Assembly (NCBI GenBank): GCA_043756425.1
Contig: JAYURB010000093.1
Coordinates: 1 to 31,131, forward strand
Direction: 5' to 3'
Source: Bacteroidota bacterium
GTDB lineage: Bacteria; Bacteroidota; Bacteroidia; AKYH767-A; 2013-40CM-41-45
DNA: 31,131 nt
Position 1 is the stretch's first letter; each line of letters begins with the position of its first letter. The notes beneath the pieces were generated by a model. That model had not been told where the DNA came from. It saw only the letters and a program-made list of their open reading frames with translations, and made no database searches. Below, in pieces: positions 17,729-26,410 of this stretch. Made by a program: the position numbers and the translations under genes.

Positions 17729-18667
17729 ATGAAATTAAAAATTAAATATTTGTTCGGAGCAGCAATACTCTTGTTTATACAAGCGTGTGATAAAATTGAA
17801 GCTCCGTATCGTGAAGGAGGAGTTGTTGTTTCCGGTACGAATGATAGTAGTGTCGTAATCGGTGGAGATACCATTGTATTTTCTTCGGATACTGTTTCAC
17901 CCCGAAAAAAAGTTTTAGTTGAGGATTATACCGGTCATTTATGTGGTAATTGCCCTGCTGCTGGATTAATGCTTAATAATACCCTAAGAGGGATTTATGG
18001 AGATAAATTTATAGTCGTTTCCGTACACGCGGGTTTTTTTGCTCATCCATGTGGAAGTTCAGCACCGTGCCCTGGGGCAGCGGCGCCTGTTGGTGCTTTC
18101 GCTACAGATTTTACGAATGCAACAAGCAATGCTTGGGAGGCACAGTTTGCGGTTTCAGCCCAGGGAAATCCCAACGGAACTGTTGATAGAATAGACTTTG
18201 GAACTCCTACCTTTGTTAAAGCCGATAATCAATGGAGTTCATTGATTCAAAGTCAATCCTTGCTGCCTTGCGATTTTAAAATCAGAATTATTAATAAGTT
18301 CGATTCAACAAACTTTGAATTGAAAACTGCTGTACAAACAACTTTTCTTAGTAATAAGACAGGTGAATATAAATTGCAGCTGGTATTGGTAGAAGACAGT
18401 ATTATTGATTGGCAGGAATGGTATGGGCATACTCCCATATATGAACCTTCCTTTGTACATAGGGATGTTCTTCGTGCAGGAATTAACAGTGATTTTGGAC
18501 AGTTAATATCAACCGGAGCTGTAACTTCAGGAACTGTTAAGCTTGAGGGTTTTACCTTTACCATAAATTCTAACTTCGATCCAGCCCACTGTAAGGTTGT
18601 AGCTTTTATTTATGATGCTTCCAATTACCACGTGCTGCAGGTTGAGGAAATGAAAGTAATTGAATAA
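17729..18667 (+). CDS. Omp28-family outer-membrane lipoprotein
   Basis: Lipoprotein signal LLFIQA|C; KKVLVEDYTGHLCGNCPAA, VSVHAG, GNPNGTVDR, VLVEDSI, HRDVLRAGIN, KVVAFIYD. Confidence 0.9.
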   Translation: MKLKIKYLFGAAILLFIQACDKIEAPYREGGVVVSGTNDSSVVIGGDTIVFSSDTVSPRKKVLVEDYTGHLCGNCPAAGLMLNNTLRGIYGDKFIVVSVHAGFFAHPCGSSAPCPGAAAPVGAFATDFTNATSNAWEAQFAVSAQGNPNGTVDRIDFGTPTFVKADNQWSSLIQSQSLLPCDFKIRIINKFDSTNFELKTAVQTTFLSNKTGEYKLQLVLVEDSIIDWQEWYGHTPIYEPSFVHRDVLRAGINSDFGQLISTGAVTSGTVKLEGFTFTINSNFDPAHCKVVAFIYDASNYHVLQVEEMKVIE

Positions 18668-18697
18668 CATTATGACACTGCGGTTTTTGATCAACTG

Positions 18698-19288
18698 ATG
18701 AAAAGGAGAATTCTTTTTTTTATTTTTTCATTAGCAGCTTTTCAACTCTCAGGACAAAGTTTTGAAGGAGGATTGCGATTTGGCCTTTGCGGATCACAAG
18801 TAAATGGCGACCAGTTAAGCGGTTTTAATAAAGCAGGTTTGATAGCCGGGGGATATATTGGCCGGAAACTATCGGAATCTGTCTCCCTTCAAATGGAAAT
18901 GGTTTTCATTCAAAAAGGCAGCCGCAAGCCTGCAGATATTGACAATAGATTTTACCGTTTAAGAATACACTATATTGAAGTCCCGCTATTGGTAAAGTAT
19001 AAATTGGCCAAAAAACTTGAAATTAACGCCGGTCCTTCTTTTGGTACTCTTGCCTTCTCCGCTGAAGACGATGAATACGGCGTATACCCCAATCCCATAC
19101 CTTTTAAGAAGTTTGAATTGGCCGGAAATTTTGGAATTATCTACGCTTTAAGCGATCAATGGTCTTTTGATGCCAGATACAGTAATTCATTAAATACCAT
19201 TCGTCCATTTCCAGGGAGCTATCATAGGTTTTTTGAAAAAGGTCAATACAATGTAGTGATTGAGTTTTCGCTATTGCTTCGTTTATAA
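18698..19288 (+). CDS. Small outer-membrane beta-barrel (PorT/OMP_b-brl_2-like porin family)
   Basis: Signal peptide; SQVNGD..SGFNKAG, QMEMVFIQKG, YIEVPLLVKY, INAGPSFG, FDARYSNSL; 196 aa, consistent with 8 strands. Confidence 0.8.
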   Translation: MKRRILFFIFSLAAFQLSGQSFEGGLRFGLCGSQVNGDQLSGFNKAGLIAGGYIGRKLSESVSLQMEMVFIQKGSRKPADIDNRFYRLRIHYIEVPLLVKYKLAKKLEINAGPSFGTLAFSAEDDEYGVYPNPIPFKKFELAGNFGIIYALSDQWSFDARYSNSLNTIRPFPGSYHRFFEKGQYNVVIEFSLLLRL

Positions 19289-19326
19289 GAGTCTTGTATA
19301 CCGGATTTCTCAGCATATAAATTTTG

Positions 19327-19334
19327 TATCTTCG
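19327..19334 (+). promoter_or_regulatory. Possible -7 element for the deoC operon
   Basis: TATCTTCG, one mismatch from TAnnTTTG; its position favours the ATG at 19359 over 19344. Confidence 0.45.
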
Positions 19335-19358
19335 TAATCAGTAATGATTAAGAAGCCC

Positions 19359-20261
19359 ATGAAAACCGAATACTATTTTTCGGAAAGTCCCGTTATTGAC
19401 CAGGTTGGAGTCGAAGAACGAATAGCCAGATTCAACAAAAGAAGCATAAAGAAAGAGTCCAAAATGGCCGCTTTAAAGCTTGCCATGAGTATGATGGATC
19501 TGACTACACTCGAAGCGAAGGATACTCCCGGAAAGGTAAAGCAATTGTGCACCAAAGCCATGTTTCCGCATGCTGCCATACCCGGTATTCCATCAGTTGC
19601 TGCAGTTTGTGTTTATCCAAATCTTGTAAGAGTCGCTAAAGAAGCTTTAAAAGGTTCCAAAGTAAAAGTTGCTGCCGTTGCTACTGCTTTCCCAAGCGGT
19701 ATGTCGAGCAGAAAGGTAAAGTTGGAAGAAACGCGCTGGGCTGTCAACGAAGGTGCTGATGAAATTGATATGGTCATTTCGCGCGGACATTTTCTTGCAG
19801 GAGAATATGCATATGTTTACGATGAAATTGCCGCTGTAAAAGAGGCCTGCGGTAAAGCGCACTTGAAAGTTATTCTGGAAACAGGGGAGTTAAGCACACT
19901 CGACAATGTCCGCCGTGCCAGTGATATTGCCATGCAGGCAGGAGGCGATTTCATTAAAACATCAACCGGAAAAATTCAGCCGGCAGCCACGCTTCCTGTT
20001 ACATTGGTAATGCTTGAAGCCATCAGAGATTTTTATTATGAAACCGGAAAAAAGATTGGAATGAAACCTGCGGGAGGAATTGCTACTGCCAAACTCGCCA
20101 TTCAGTACCTTGTTGTTTTACGGGAAACTCTCGGTAACGATTGGCTTACTCCTGATCTTTTTCGTTTCGGTGCCAGTTCACTTGCCAACGATTTATTAAT
20201 GCAAATCGTAAAGCAGCAAACCGGTGTTTACCAGAGTATCGATTATTTTTCAAAAGATTAA
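19359..20261 (+). CDS. deoC: Deoxyribose-phosphate aldolase, long form
   Basis: DLTTL, AAVCVYP, GADEIDMV, LKVILETGEL, Schiff-base FIKTSTGK, GMKPAGGI, FRFGASSL. Alternative start at 19344. Confidence 0.96.
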   Translation: MKTEYYFSESPVIDQVGVEERIARFNKRSIKKESKMAALKLAMSMMDLTTLEAKDTPGKVKQLCTKAMFPHAAIPGIPSVAAVCVYPNLVRVAKEALKGSKVKVAAVATAFPSGMSSRKVKLEETRWAVNEGADEIDMVISRGHFLAGEYAYVYDEIAAVKEACGKAHLKVILETGELSTLDNVRRASDIAMQAGGDFIKTSTGKIQPAATLPVTLVMLEAIRDFYYETGKKIGMKPAGGIATAKLAIQYLVVLRETLGNDWLTPDLFRFGASSLANDLLMQIVKQQTGVYQSIDYFSKD

Positions 20262-20288
20262 TAAAATTGTCAGTCAAGCATATTCGAA

Positions 20289-21782
20289 ATGGAAAAGGAT
20301 AAGATGAAAAAAAATAAAAAGGATGTTAAATTAAATTTTGATACAACCTGGTCCTATGCAGCCGCTCCTGAAAGCAGCGATCATGTGAAAATTAAAAATT
20401 CCTATGGCTTATTCATCAACGGTGAATTTACAGATCCATTATCCGGAAAGTATTTTGATACAATCAATCCGGCCACAGAGAAGAAAATTACTTCCGTAGC
20501 GGACGCAGGTCAAAAGGATGTAGACAAAGCCGTTGCTGCTGCACGTAATGCCTATGATAAGTACTGGAGTAAAATGCCGGCAAAAGAACGCGGTAAATAT
20601 ATTTTCCGTATTGCCAGAATTATCCAGGAACGCGCAAGAGAGTTAGCCGTAATAGAATCCCTTGATGGCGGTAAACCCATACGCGAATCACGAGACATTG
20701 ATGTGCCTCTAGCTGCTTCTCACTTTTTTTATTATGCCGGTTGGGCCGATAAAATTGAATATGCTGTTCCGGGTGCACGTGCAAAATCATTGGGTGTGGC
20801 CGGACAAATTATTCCATGGAATTTTCCATTGTTGATGGCTGCATGGAAAATAGCTCCCGCGCTTGCAGCAGGAAATACAGTGATTTTAAAGCCTGCTGAA
20901 ACAACTCCGCTGACTGCTTTAACCCTTGCAGAAATTATCCGGGATGCAGGATTGCCGCCGGGTGTAGTTAATATTATTACAGGAGCAGGAGGAACGGGTT
21001 CTGGTATGGTCAATCATCCGGGCATAGATAAAATTGCTTTTACAGGATCAACAGAAGTAGGAAAGATTATTCAAAAAGCATTGGCCGGTACATCGAAAAC
21101 ATATTCATTGGAACTTGGAGGAAAAGCCGCTAATATTATTTTTGAAGATGCTGCAATCGATCAGGCAGTAGAAGGAGTTGTGAATGGAATATTCTTTAAT
21201 CAGGGACACGTATGCTGTGCAGGATCGCGGTTATTCGTTCAGGAAAGTGTTGCTAAAAAAGTAATACGGAAACTGAAAGACCGGATGGAAACACTGATAG
21301 TTGGAGACCCGCTCGATAAAAATACGGATATAGGTGCCATCAATTCCAAAATGCAACTGGATAAAATAAAACAGTACATAAAAATAGGAATGAATGAAGG
21401 AGGCGAATGCTTTCAGACTTCCTGCGCGCTTCCTTCCAAAGGATATTGGCACAGACCTACTTTGTTTACAAATGTTTCTCAATCATCCCGCATTGTTCAG
21501 GAAGAGATCTTCGGACCGGTTTTGAGTATTCAGACATTCCGAACGGTCGAAGAAGTAATTGAGAAAGCAAACAATATTCCGTATGGCTTAAGCGGAGGAG
21601 TGTGGACCGATAAAGGATCTAAAATATTTAAAATGACTACTGCTCTGCGCGCCGGAGTAGTGTGGGCCAATACCTATAATAAATTTGATCCTACATCACC
21701 TTTCGGCGGTTATAAAGAAAGCGGTATGGGACGCGAAGGGGGATTGCACGGTTTAATGCCTTATCTGCACCTGGATAATTAA
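20289..21782 (+). CDS. Aldehyde dehydrogenase (catalytically complete)
   Basis: IIPWNFP, KPAETTP, FTGSTEVG, LELGGK (catalytic Glu), FNQGHVCCAGSR (catalytic Cys), EEIFGPV, PFGGYKESGMGRE. Confidence 0.96.
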   Translation: MEKDKMKKNKKDVKLNFDTTWSYAAAPESSDHVKIKNSYGLFINGEFTDPLSGKYFDTINPATEKKITSVADAGQKDVDKAVAAARNAYDKYWSKMPAKERGKYIFRIARIIQERARELAVIESLDGGKPIRESRDIDVPLAASHFFYYAGWADKIEYAVPGARAKSLGVAGQIIPWNFPLLMAAWKIAPALAAGNTVILKPAETTPLTALTLAEIIRDAGLPPGVVNIITGAGGTGSGMVNHPGIDKIAFTGSTEVGKIIQKALAGTSKTYSLELGGKAANIIFEDAAIDQAVEGVVNGIFFNQGHVCCAGSRLFVQESVAKKVIRKLKDRMETLIVGDPLDKNTDIGAINSKMQLDKIKQYIKIGMNEGGECFQTSCALPSKGYWHRPTLFTNVSQSSRIVQEEIFGPVLSIQTFRTVEEVIEKANNIPYGLSGGVWTDKGSKIFKMTTALRAGVVWANTYNKFDPTSPFGGYKESGMGREGGLHGLMPYLHLDN

Positions 21783-21784
21783 TA

Positions 21785-22732
21785 ATGAAAAACAAAATGG
21801 ACGCTATCGAAAAAAATAAATCAGTGGTTGACGTTGATACAAACGGTCAATCAAACGGTCATTCTTCCAAGGGAGAAAGACTCGATGTAATGAAAACATA
21901 TAAAATTTATATCGACGGAAAATTCCCCCGGACCGAATCGGGAAGATATTACCCTTTGCTTAATACGAACGGCAAGACAATAGCAAACATTTGTAATTCT
22001 TCACGCAAGGATTTTCGCGAAGCAGTTGTTGCAGCCCGCAAAGCACAGCAGTCGTGGTCTTCCCGAAGTGCCTATAATCGCGGACAAATCCTCTATCGCA
22101 TTGCAGAAATGCTGGAGGGACGACGAGAACAATTTATCACTGAATTAATAGAAACCGGTAGTACCAGGTCCCAGGCTGATAAAGAAGTGAATGTTTCAAT
22201 AGACCGTTTGGTTTATTATGCAGGATGGTGTGATAAATTTCAGCAGGTTTTCAGCGCAGTGAATCCCGTTGAGTCATCGCATTTTAATTTCTCCGTCCCT
22301 GAACCAATGGGTATAGTTTCCATAGTATCGGCAGAAAGTTCAGGACTTCTTGGATTAATTACAGCTATTGCACCTGCAATAATCGGAGGTAATACAGTTA
22401 TTGTTCTTGCTTCAACAACAAAGCCATTAAGTGCAATTACCTTTGGAGAAGTGCTTAACTCTTCCGATGTCTCTGCCGGCATTGTCAATATATTAACCGG
22501 TTATCGATCTGAATTGCTAACTCATTTTTCTACTCACATGGATGTAAATGCCATAGTATATTTCGGAAACAATCAGGAAGAAATTAAATTGATGAAAGAG
22601 TCTGCTTCTCTCAATGTAAAAAGAGTCTCTGTTTATTCTGAGAAGGAATTATCCGAAGAACGTTCTCAAAATCCATATAGAATTATGGACCTTCAGGAAA
22701 TAAAAACTACATGGCATCCGGTTGGACAATAA
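21785..22732 (+). CDS. ALDH-superfamily module lacking the catalytic domain (similar to the ALDH16 C-terminal module)
   Basis: Keeps the NAD-domain segments KTYKIYIDGKFPRTESGR, AYNRGQILYRIAEMLE, PEPMGIV, GGNTVIV, GIVNILTG and the terminal strand IKTTWHP. Has no PWN, ELGGK or catalytic Cys; 315 aa. Confidence 0.88.
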   Translation: MKNKMDAIEKNKSVVDVDTNGQSNGHSSKGERLDVMKTYKIYIDGKFPRTESGRYYPLLNTNGKTIANICNSSRKDFREAVVAARKAQQSWSSRSAYNRGQILYRIAEMLEGRREQFITELIETGSTRSQADKEVNVSIDRLVYYAGWCDKFQQVFSAVNPVESSHFNFSVPEPMGIVSIVSAESSGLLGLITAIAPAIIGGNTVIVLASTTKPLSAITFGEVLNSSDVSAGIVNILTGYRSELLTHFSTHMDVNAIVYFGNNQEEIKLMKESASLNVKRVSVYSEKELSEERSQNPYRIMDLQEIKTTWHPVGQ

Positions 22733-22742
22733 TACTAAACCT

Positions 22743-23333
22743 ATGTTAATTCATTTACAGGAACCCATTAGCCGTGAGGAAAGAACGAGATCTTTGCAGC
22801 AGAAGTCCTTTTTGGTATGGATGACAGGCCTCAGCGGATCGGGAAAAAGCACGTTGGCTTCCGCTTTAGAAAAACAATTATTTGAAAAAGGTTTAAAAAC
22901 ATATTTACTTGACGGTGACTTGATTCGAGCCGGCCTCAATAAGGACCTTGGTTTTTCTAAGGAAGACAGAAAAGAAAATATTAGGCGCATTGGTGAAGTT
23001 TGTAAATTAATGACCGATGCAGGATTAATTGTAATAACAGCATTTATTTCGCCTTTTCGGGCTGATCGTGATTTAGTACGGTCCATGTTTACGGCTTCAG
23101 ATTTTGCAGAGATATTTATAAATGCATCTCTTGAGGTTTGTGAAACCCGGGATGTAAAAGGATTGTATAACAAGGCCAGAAAAGGATTAATTCCTGAATT
23201 TACGGGGATTAGTTCGCCTTATGAAGAGCCGCTGAATCCCGAACTTACACTTAATACAGATAAGGAGCCGGAGGAAGTTTCTCTTTCAATATTGACGGAT
23301 TATATTCTTAAAAAAGTAAATATGGCGCTGTAA
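22743..23333 (+). CDS. cysC: Adenylyl-sulfate (APS) kinase
   Basis: P-loop GLSGSGKST, LDGDLIR, DLGFSKEDRKENIRR, AFISPF, FTGISSPYEEP. ATG 22743 preferred over TTG 22722. Confidence 0.96.
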   Translation: MLIHLQEPISREERTRSLQQKSFLVWMTGLSGSGKSTLASALEKQLFEKGLKTYLLDGDLIRAGLNKDLGFSKEDRKENIRRIGEVCKLMTDAGLIVITAFISPFRADRDLVRSMFTASDFAEIFINASLEVCETRDVKGLYNKARKGLIPEFTGISSPYEEPLNPELTLNTDKEPEEVSLSILTDYILKKVNMAL

Positions 23334-23366
23334 CGCTTTTAATCCTTATCAGTAAAAGATCATATT

Positions 23367-23374
23367 TAAATTGC
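23367..23374 (+). promoter_or_regulatory. Possible degenerate -7 element upstream of cysD
   Basis: TAAATTGC in the 77-bp cysC-cysD gap. Confidence 0.25.
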
Positions 23375-23410
23375 AGCAAATTTTCAATTTGCTTTAACAA
23401 AATTGTTGAC

Positions 23411-24316
23411 ATGTTAAGTTATAACCTTGATCATTTAAGCGAGCTGGAATCAGAAAGTATTTTTGTGATCAGGGAAGTAGCAGCTCAATTTCAAAATCCT
23501 GTTTTATTATTTAGCGGAGGAAAAGACTCTATCGTAGTTTCTCATCTTGCCCGCAAAGCATTTCATCCGGGAAAAACCCCCTTTCCTCTTATGCATATAG
23601 ACACCGGACATAATTTTCCGGAGACAATTCTTTTTCGCGATAAATGGATTAAAGATCAAGGTTCTGAGTTGATCATTCGATCGGTACAAAGTACCATTGA
23701 TATGGGCAGAGCGGTGGAGGAAAAAGGAAGAAATGCCAGCAGAAATGCTTTGCAGACCATAACACTTCTGGATGCAATAAAAGAATTTCGTTTCGATGCT
23801 GCCATTGGCGGAGCCAGAAGAGATGAAGAAAAGTCGAGAGCTAAAGAACGTTTCTTTTCTCATAGAGATGAGTTCGGACAATGGGAGCCTAGGCACCAGC
23901 GGCCGGAGTTGTGGAACATTTTCAACGGACATAAACACGGTGGAGAACATTTCAGAATATTTCCATTGAGTAATTGGACAGAACTTGATGTGTGGAATTA
24001 CATTTATCGTGAGAAAATTCCATTACCTGAATTATATTTTTCACACAAAAGGAAGGTCTTCCAACGCGACGGTGTTATATATGCTTTCGCTGATTTTATT
24101 AACCTTGCCGACAATGAGAAAACTGAAGATATGAATGTGCGTTTTCGAACCATTGGCGACATGACTTGTACTGGAGCCGTTGCAAGTAATGCTTCAACGG
24201 TTGAGGATATTATAAGAGAAATATTTGCTTCTACCGTTACAGAAAGAGGAACACGCATAGACGACAGGAAAACGGATTCAGCCATGGAAGATAGAAAACG
24301 TCAGGGCTATTTTTAA
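23411..24316 (+). CDS. cysD: Sulfate adenylyltransferase subunit 2
   Basis: PP-loop LLFSGGKDS, HIDTGHNF, GGARRDEEKSRAKER, RFRTIGDMTCTG, MEDRKRQGYF. Confidence 0.97.
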   Translation: MLSYNLDHLSELESESIFVIREVAAQFQNPVLLFSGGKDSIVVSHLARKAFHPGKTPFPLMHIDTGHNFPETILFRDKWIKDQGSELIIRSVQSTIDMGRAVEEKGRNASRNALQTITLLDAIKEFRFDAAIGGARRDEEKSRAKERFFSHRDEFGQWEPRHQRPELWNIFNGHKHGGEHFRIFPLSNWTELDVWNYIYREKIPLPELYFSHKRKVFQRDGVIYAFADFINLADNEKTEDMNVRFRTIGDMTCTGAVASNASTVEDIIREIFASTVTERGTRIDDRKTDSAMEDRKRQGYF

Positions 24317-24355
24317 TTTTTGAATTTAAGTCAAAACTTCTAACTACAAAGTATC

Positions 24356-25609
24356 ATGCCATTTCGGACTCATATAGAACTATTACGTTTCACTACGGCA
24401 GGAAGTGTTGACGATGGTAAAAGTACGCTCATTGGAAGATTGCTTATGGACACAAAAAGTCTGCAGGATGATCAGGTAGAAGCTATAAAAACATCCAGTC
24501 AGAAAAAAGGTCTGGATGACATTGACCTTTCCATGTTTACAGACGGACTTAAAGCCGAACGAGAACAAGGCATTACCATTGACGTTGCTTATCGTTATTT
24601 TACTACTATTAAAAGGAAGTTTATTATTGCTGATACTCCCGGGCATATACAATATACACGGAATATGATTACGGGAGCTTCAACAGCCAACCTTGCCTTG
24701 ATACTCATTGATGCACGCAAAGGTGTTGTGGAACAAACCAGACGCCATGCTTTTATTGCCAGTCTCCTAAGGATACCGCACATGGTTGTATGCATCAATA
24801 AAATGGACCTTGTCGACTACAAACAGGAAACCTATGAAAAAATAATTGAAGATTTCCGGGTATTTTCTTCAAGACTTGATGTAAAGGACATACAGTTTAT
24901 TCCAATCAGTGCCAAATTCGGAGATAACGTCGTTAACCGTTCGAATAATATGTCGTGGTATGAAGGAAGTACTCTGCTTTTTCATCTGGAGAACGTCCAT
25001 ATAAGCAGCGATCTAAATCATATTGACTGTCGTTTTCCTGTGCAATATGTAATTCGTACGCAGAATCAAAACGGATTACGAAGCTATGCAGGCCGTCTGG
25101 CCGGTGGTGTTTTTCGCCCGGGTGATAAAGTAATTGTTTTACCCTCCGGAGAGAAATCAAAAATTAAATCCATTGAATTGGCAGGAAAGGTTTTGGAGTA
25201 TGCATTTTCTCCCATGTCAGTAACACTAAATCTCGAGGATGAAATTGATGTAGGCCGGGGAGATATGATTGTCAGAGAAAATAATGTTCCACAAACCGGA
25301 CAGAGCCTGGATATAATGATTTGCTGGCTCAATGAAAAAGAGCTCAAGGCAGGTTCAAAATATATCTTGCGACATACATGCCGCGAAATGAATACGTGGG
25401 TAGATAAAATTCATTACAAGATTGACATATTAAATCTCCGAAGAATGGAAGGGGAGCAGTCGTTGGCTATGAATGACATTGGCCGAATTCAAATTCGTAC
25501 AACCCTGCCATTAGTCTATGACAGTTACAGAAGAAACAGGGAAACAGGCAGCATTATTTTTATTGACCCCCATACCAATGAAACTGTTGGAGCCGGAATG
25601 ATTATTTAA
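24356..25609 (+). CDS. cysN: Sulfate adenylyltransferase subunit 1 (GTPase, no fused CysC domain)
   Basis: TAGSVDDGKSTLIGRLL, EREQGITIDVAYRYF, DTPGH, INKMD, C-terminal TNETVGAGMI. Confidence 0.97.
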   Translation: MPFRTHIELLRFTTAGSVDDGKSTLIGRLLMDTKSLQDDQVEAIKTSSQKKGLDDIDLSMFTDGLKAEREQGITIDVAYRYFTTIKRKFIIADTPGHIQYTRNMITGASTANLALILIDARKGVVEQTRRHAFIASLLRIPHMVVCINKMDLVDYKQETYEKIIEDFRVFSSRLDVKDIQFIPISAKFGDNVVNRSNNMSWYEGSTLLFHLENVHISSDLNHIDCRFPVQYVIRTQNQNGLRSYAGRLAGGVFRPGDKVIVLPSGEKSKIKSIELAGKVLEYAFSPMSVTLNLEDEIDVGRGDMIVRENNVPQTGQSLDIMICWLNEKELKAGSKYILRHTCREMNTWVDKIHYKIDILNLRRMEGEQSLAMNDIGRIQIRTTLPLVYDSYRRNRETGSIIFIDPHTNETVGAGMII

Positions 25610-25618
25610 AAGCATATT

Positions 25619-26410
25619 GTGGAAAAAGAAAAAATCAGGGAATTAACAATGCTTGCGCTGGAGACAGCATTTGAAGCGGGCCAAAAAATTCTGGAAATAT
25701 ACAGTGATAAATTTACTGTTGATATAAAATCAGATGGTTCTCCATTGACAGCAGCTGATAAGGCTTCCCATGATACTATCGTTAGCAGACTTGCACACAC
25801 GAACCTGCCGGTATTAAGTGAAGAAGGCAAGGATATTCTATTTGACGAACGAAGTCAGTGGAGTTACTACTGGCTTGTAGATCCTCTTGATGGAACAAAG
25901 GAATTCATAAAGAGAAATGGAGAGTTTACTGTTAATATTGCTTTGATGGAATTTGGGGTACCTGTTTCAGGAGTAATTTTTCAGCCGGTAACAGGTATGG
26001 CTTTTGCGGGAATAGCAGGGGATGGATTATATAAATTCTCTGTCAACGAAAAGCCTTCGATTAATAGTAAAAGCAGAATAAAAATTGACCTGGCGCATGC
26101 GGAAAATCAAACGCGGGTTATTGCAAGCCGTTCGCATATGTCTGATAAAACGGAAGGATTTATAAATGAATTGCGCCTAAAAAGTAACAATGTCGAACTG
26201 GTTAATGCAGGTAGTTCATTAAAATTTTGTCTGCTTGCAGAGGGTAAAGCGGATATTTATCCTCGGTTCGCTCCAACCATGGAATGGGATACAGCAGCCG
26301 GACATGCACTTTTAAAAGCTGTCGGTAAAAATATTTATCTTTTTCCTTCCGGAGAAGAGATGACCTATAATAAACCTCATTTGATTAATGAATGGTTCAT
26401 TGCAAAGTAG
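25619..26410 (+). CDS. cysQ: PAP 3'(2'),5'-bisphosphate nucleotidase
   Basis: KSDGSPLTAAD, VLSEEG, LVDPLDGTKEFI, GSSLKFCLLAEGKADIYPR, EWDTAAG; GTG start. Confidence 0.95.
   Translation: MEKEKIRELTMLALETAFEAGQKILEIYSDKFTVDIKSDGSPLTAADKASHDTIVSRLAHTNLPVLSEEGKDILFDERSQWSYYWLVDPLDGTKEFIKRNGEFTVNIALMEFGVPVSGVIFQPVTGMAFAGIAGDGLYKFSVNEKPSINSKSRIKIDLAHAENQTRVIASRSHMSDKTEGFINELRLKSNNVELVNAGSSLKFCLLAEGKADIYPRFAPTMEWDTAAGHALLKAVGKNIYLFPSGEEMTYNKPHLINEWFIAK

Noticed and set aside
21785-22732. Short ALDH as a pseudogene
   Set aside because: The frame is intact, both N- and C-terminal ALDH elements are retained, the catalytic domain is cleanly absent, and the gene is tightly coupled to its neighbour.
24356-25609. 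cysN as a truncated cysNC fusion
   Set aside because: It ends at the normal CysN C-terminus, and a stand-alone cysC is present.
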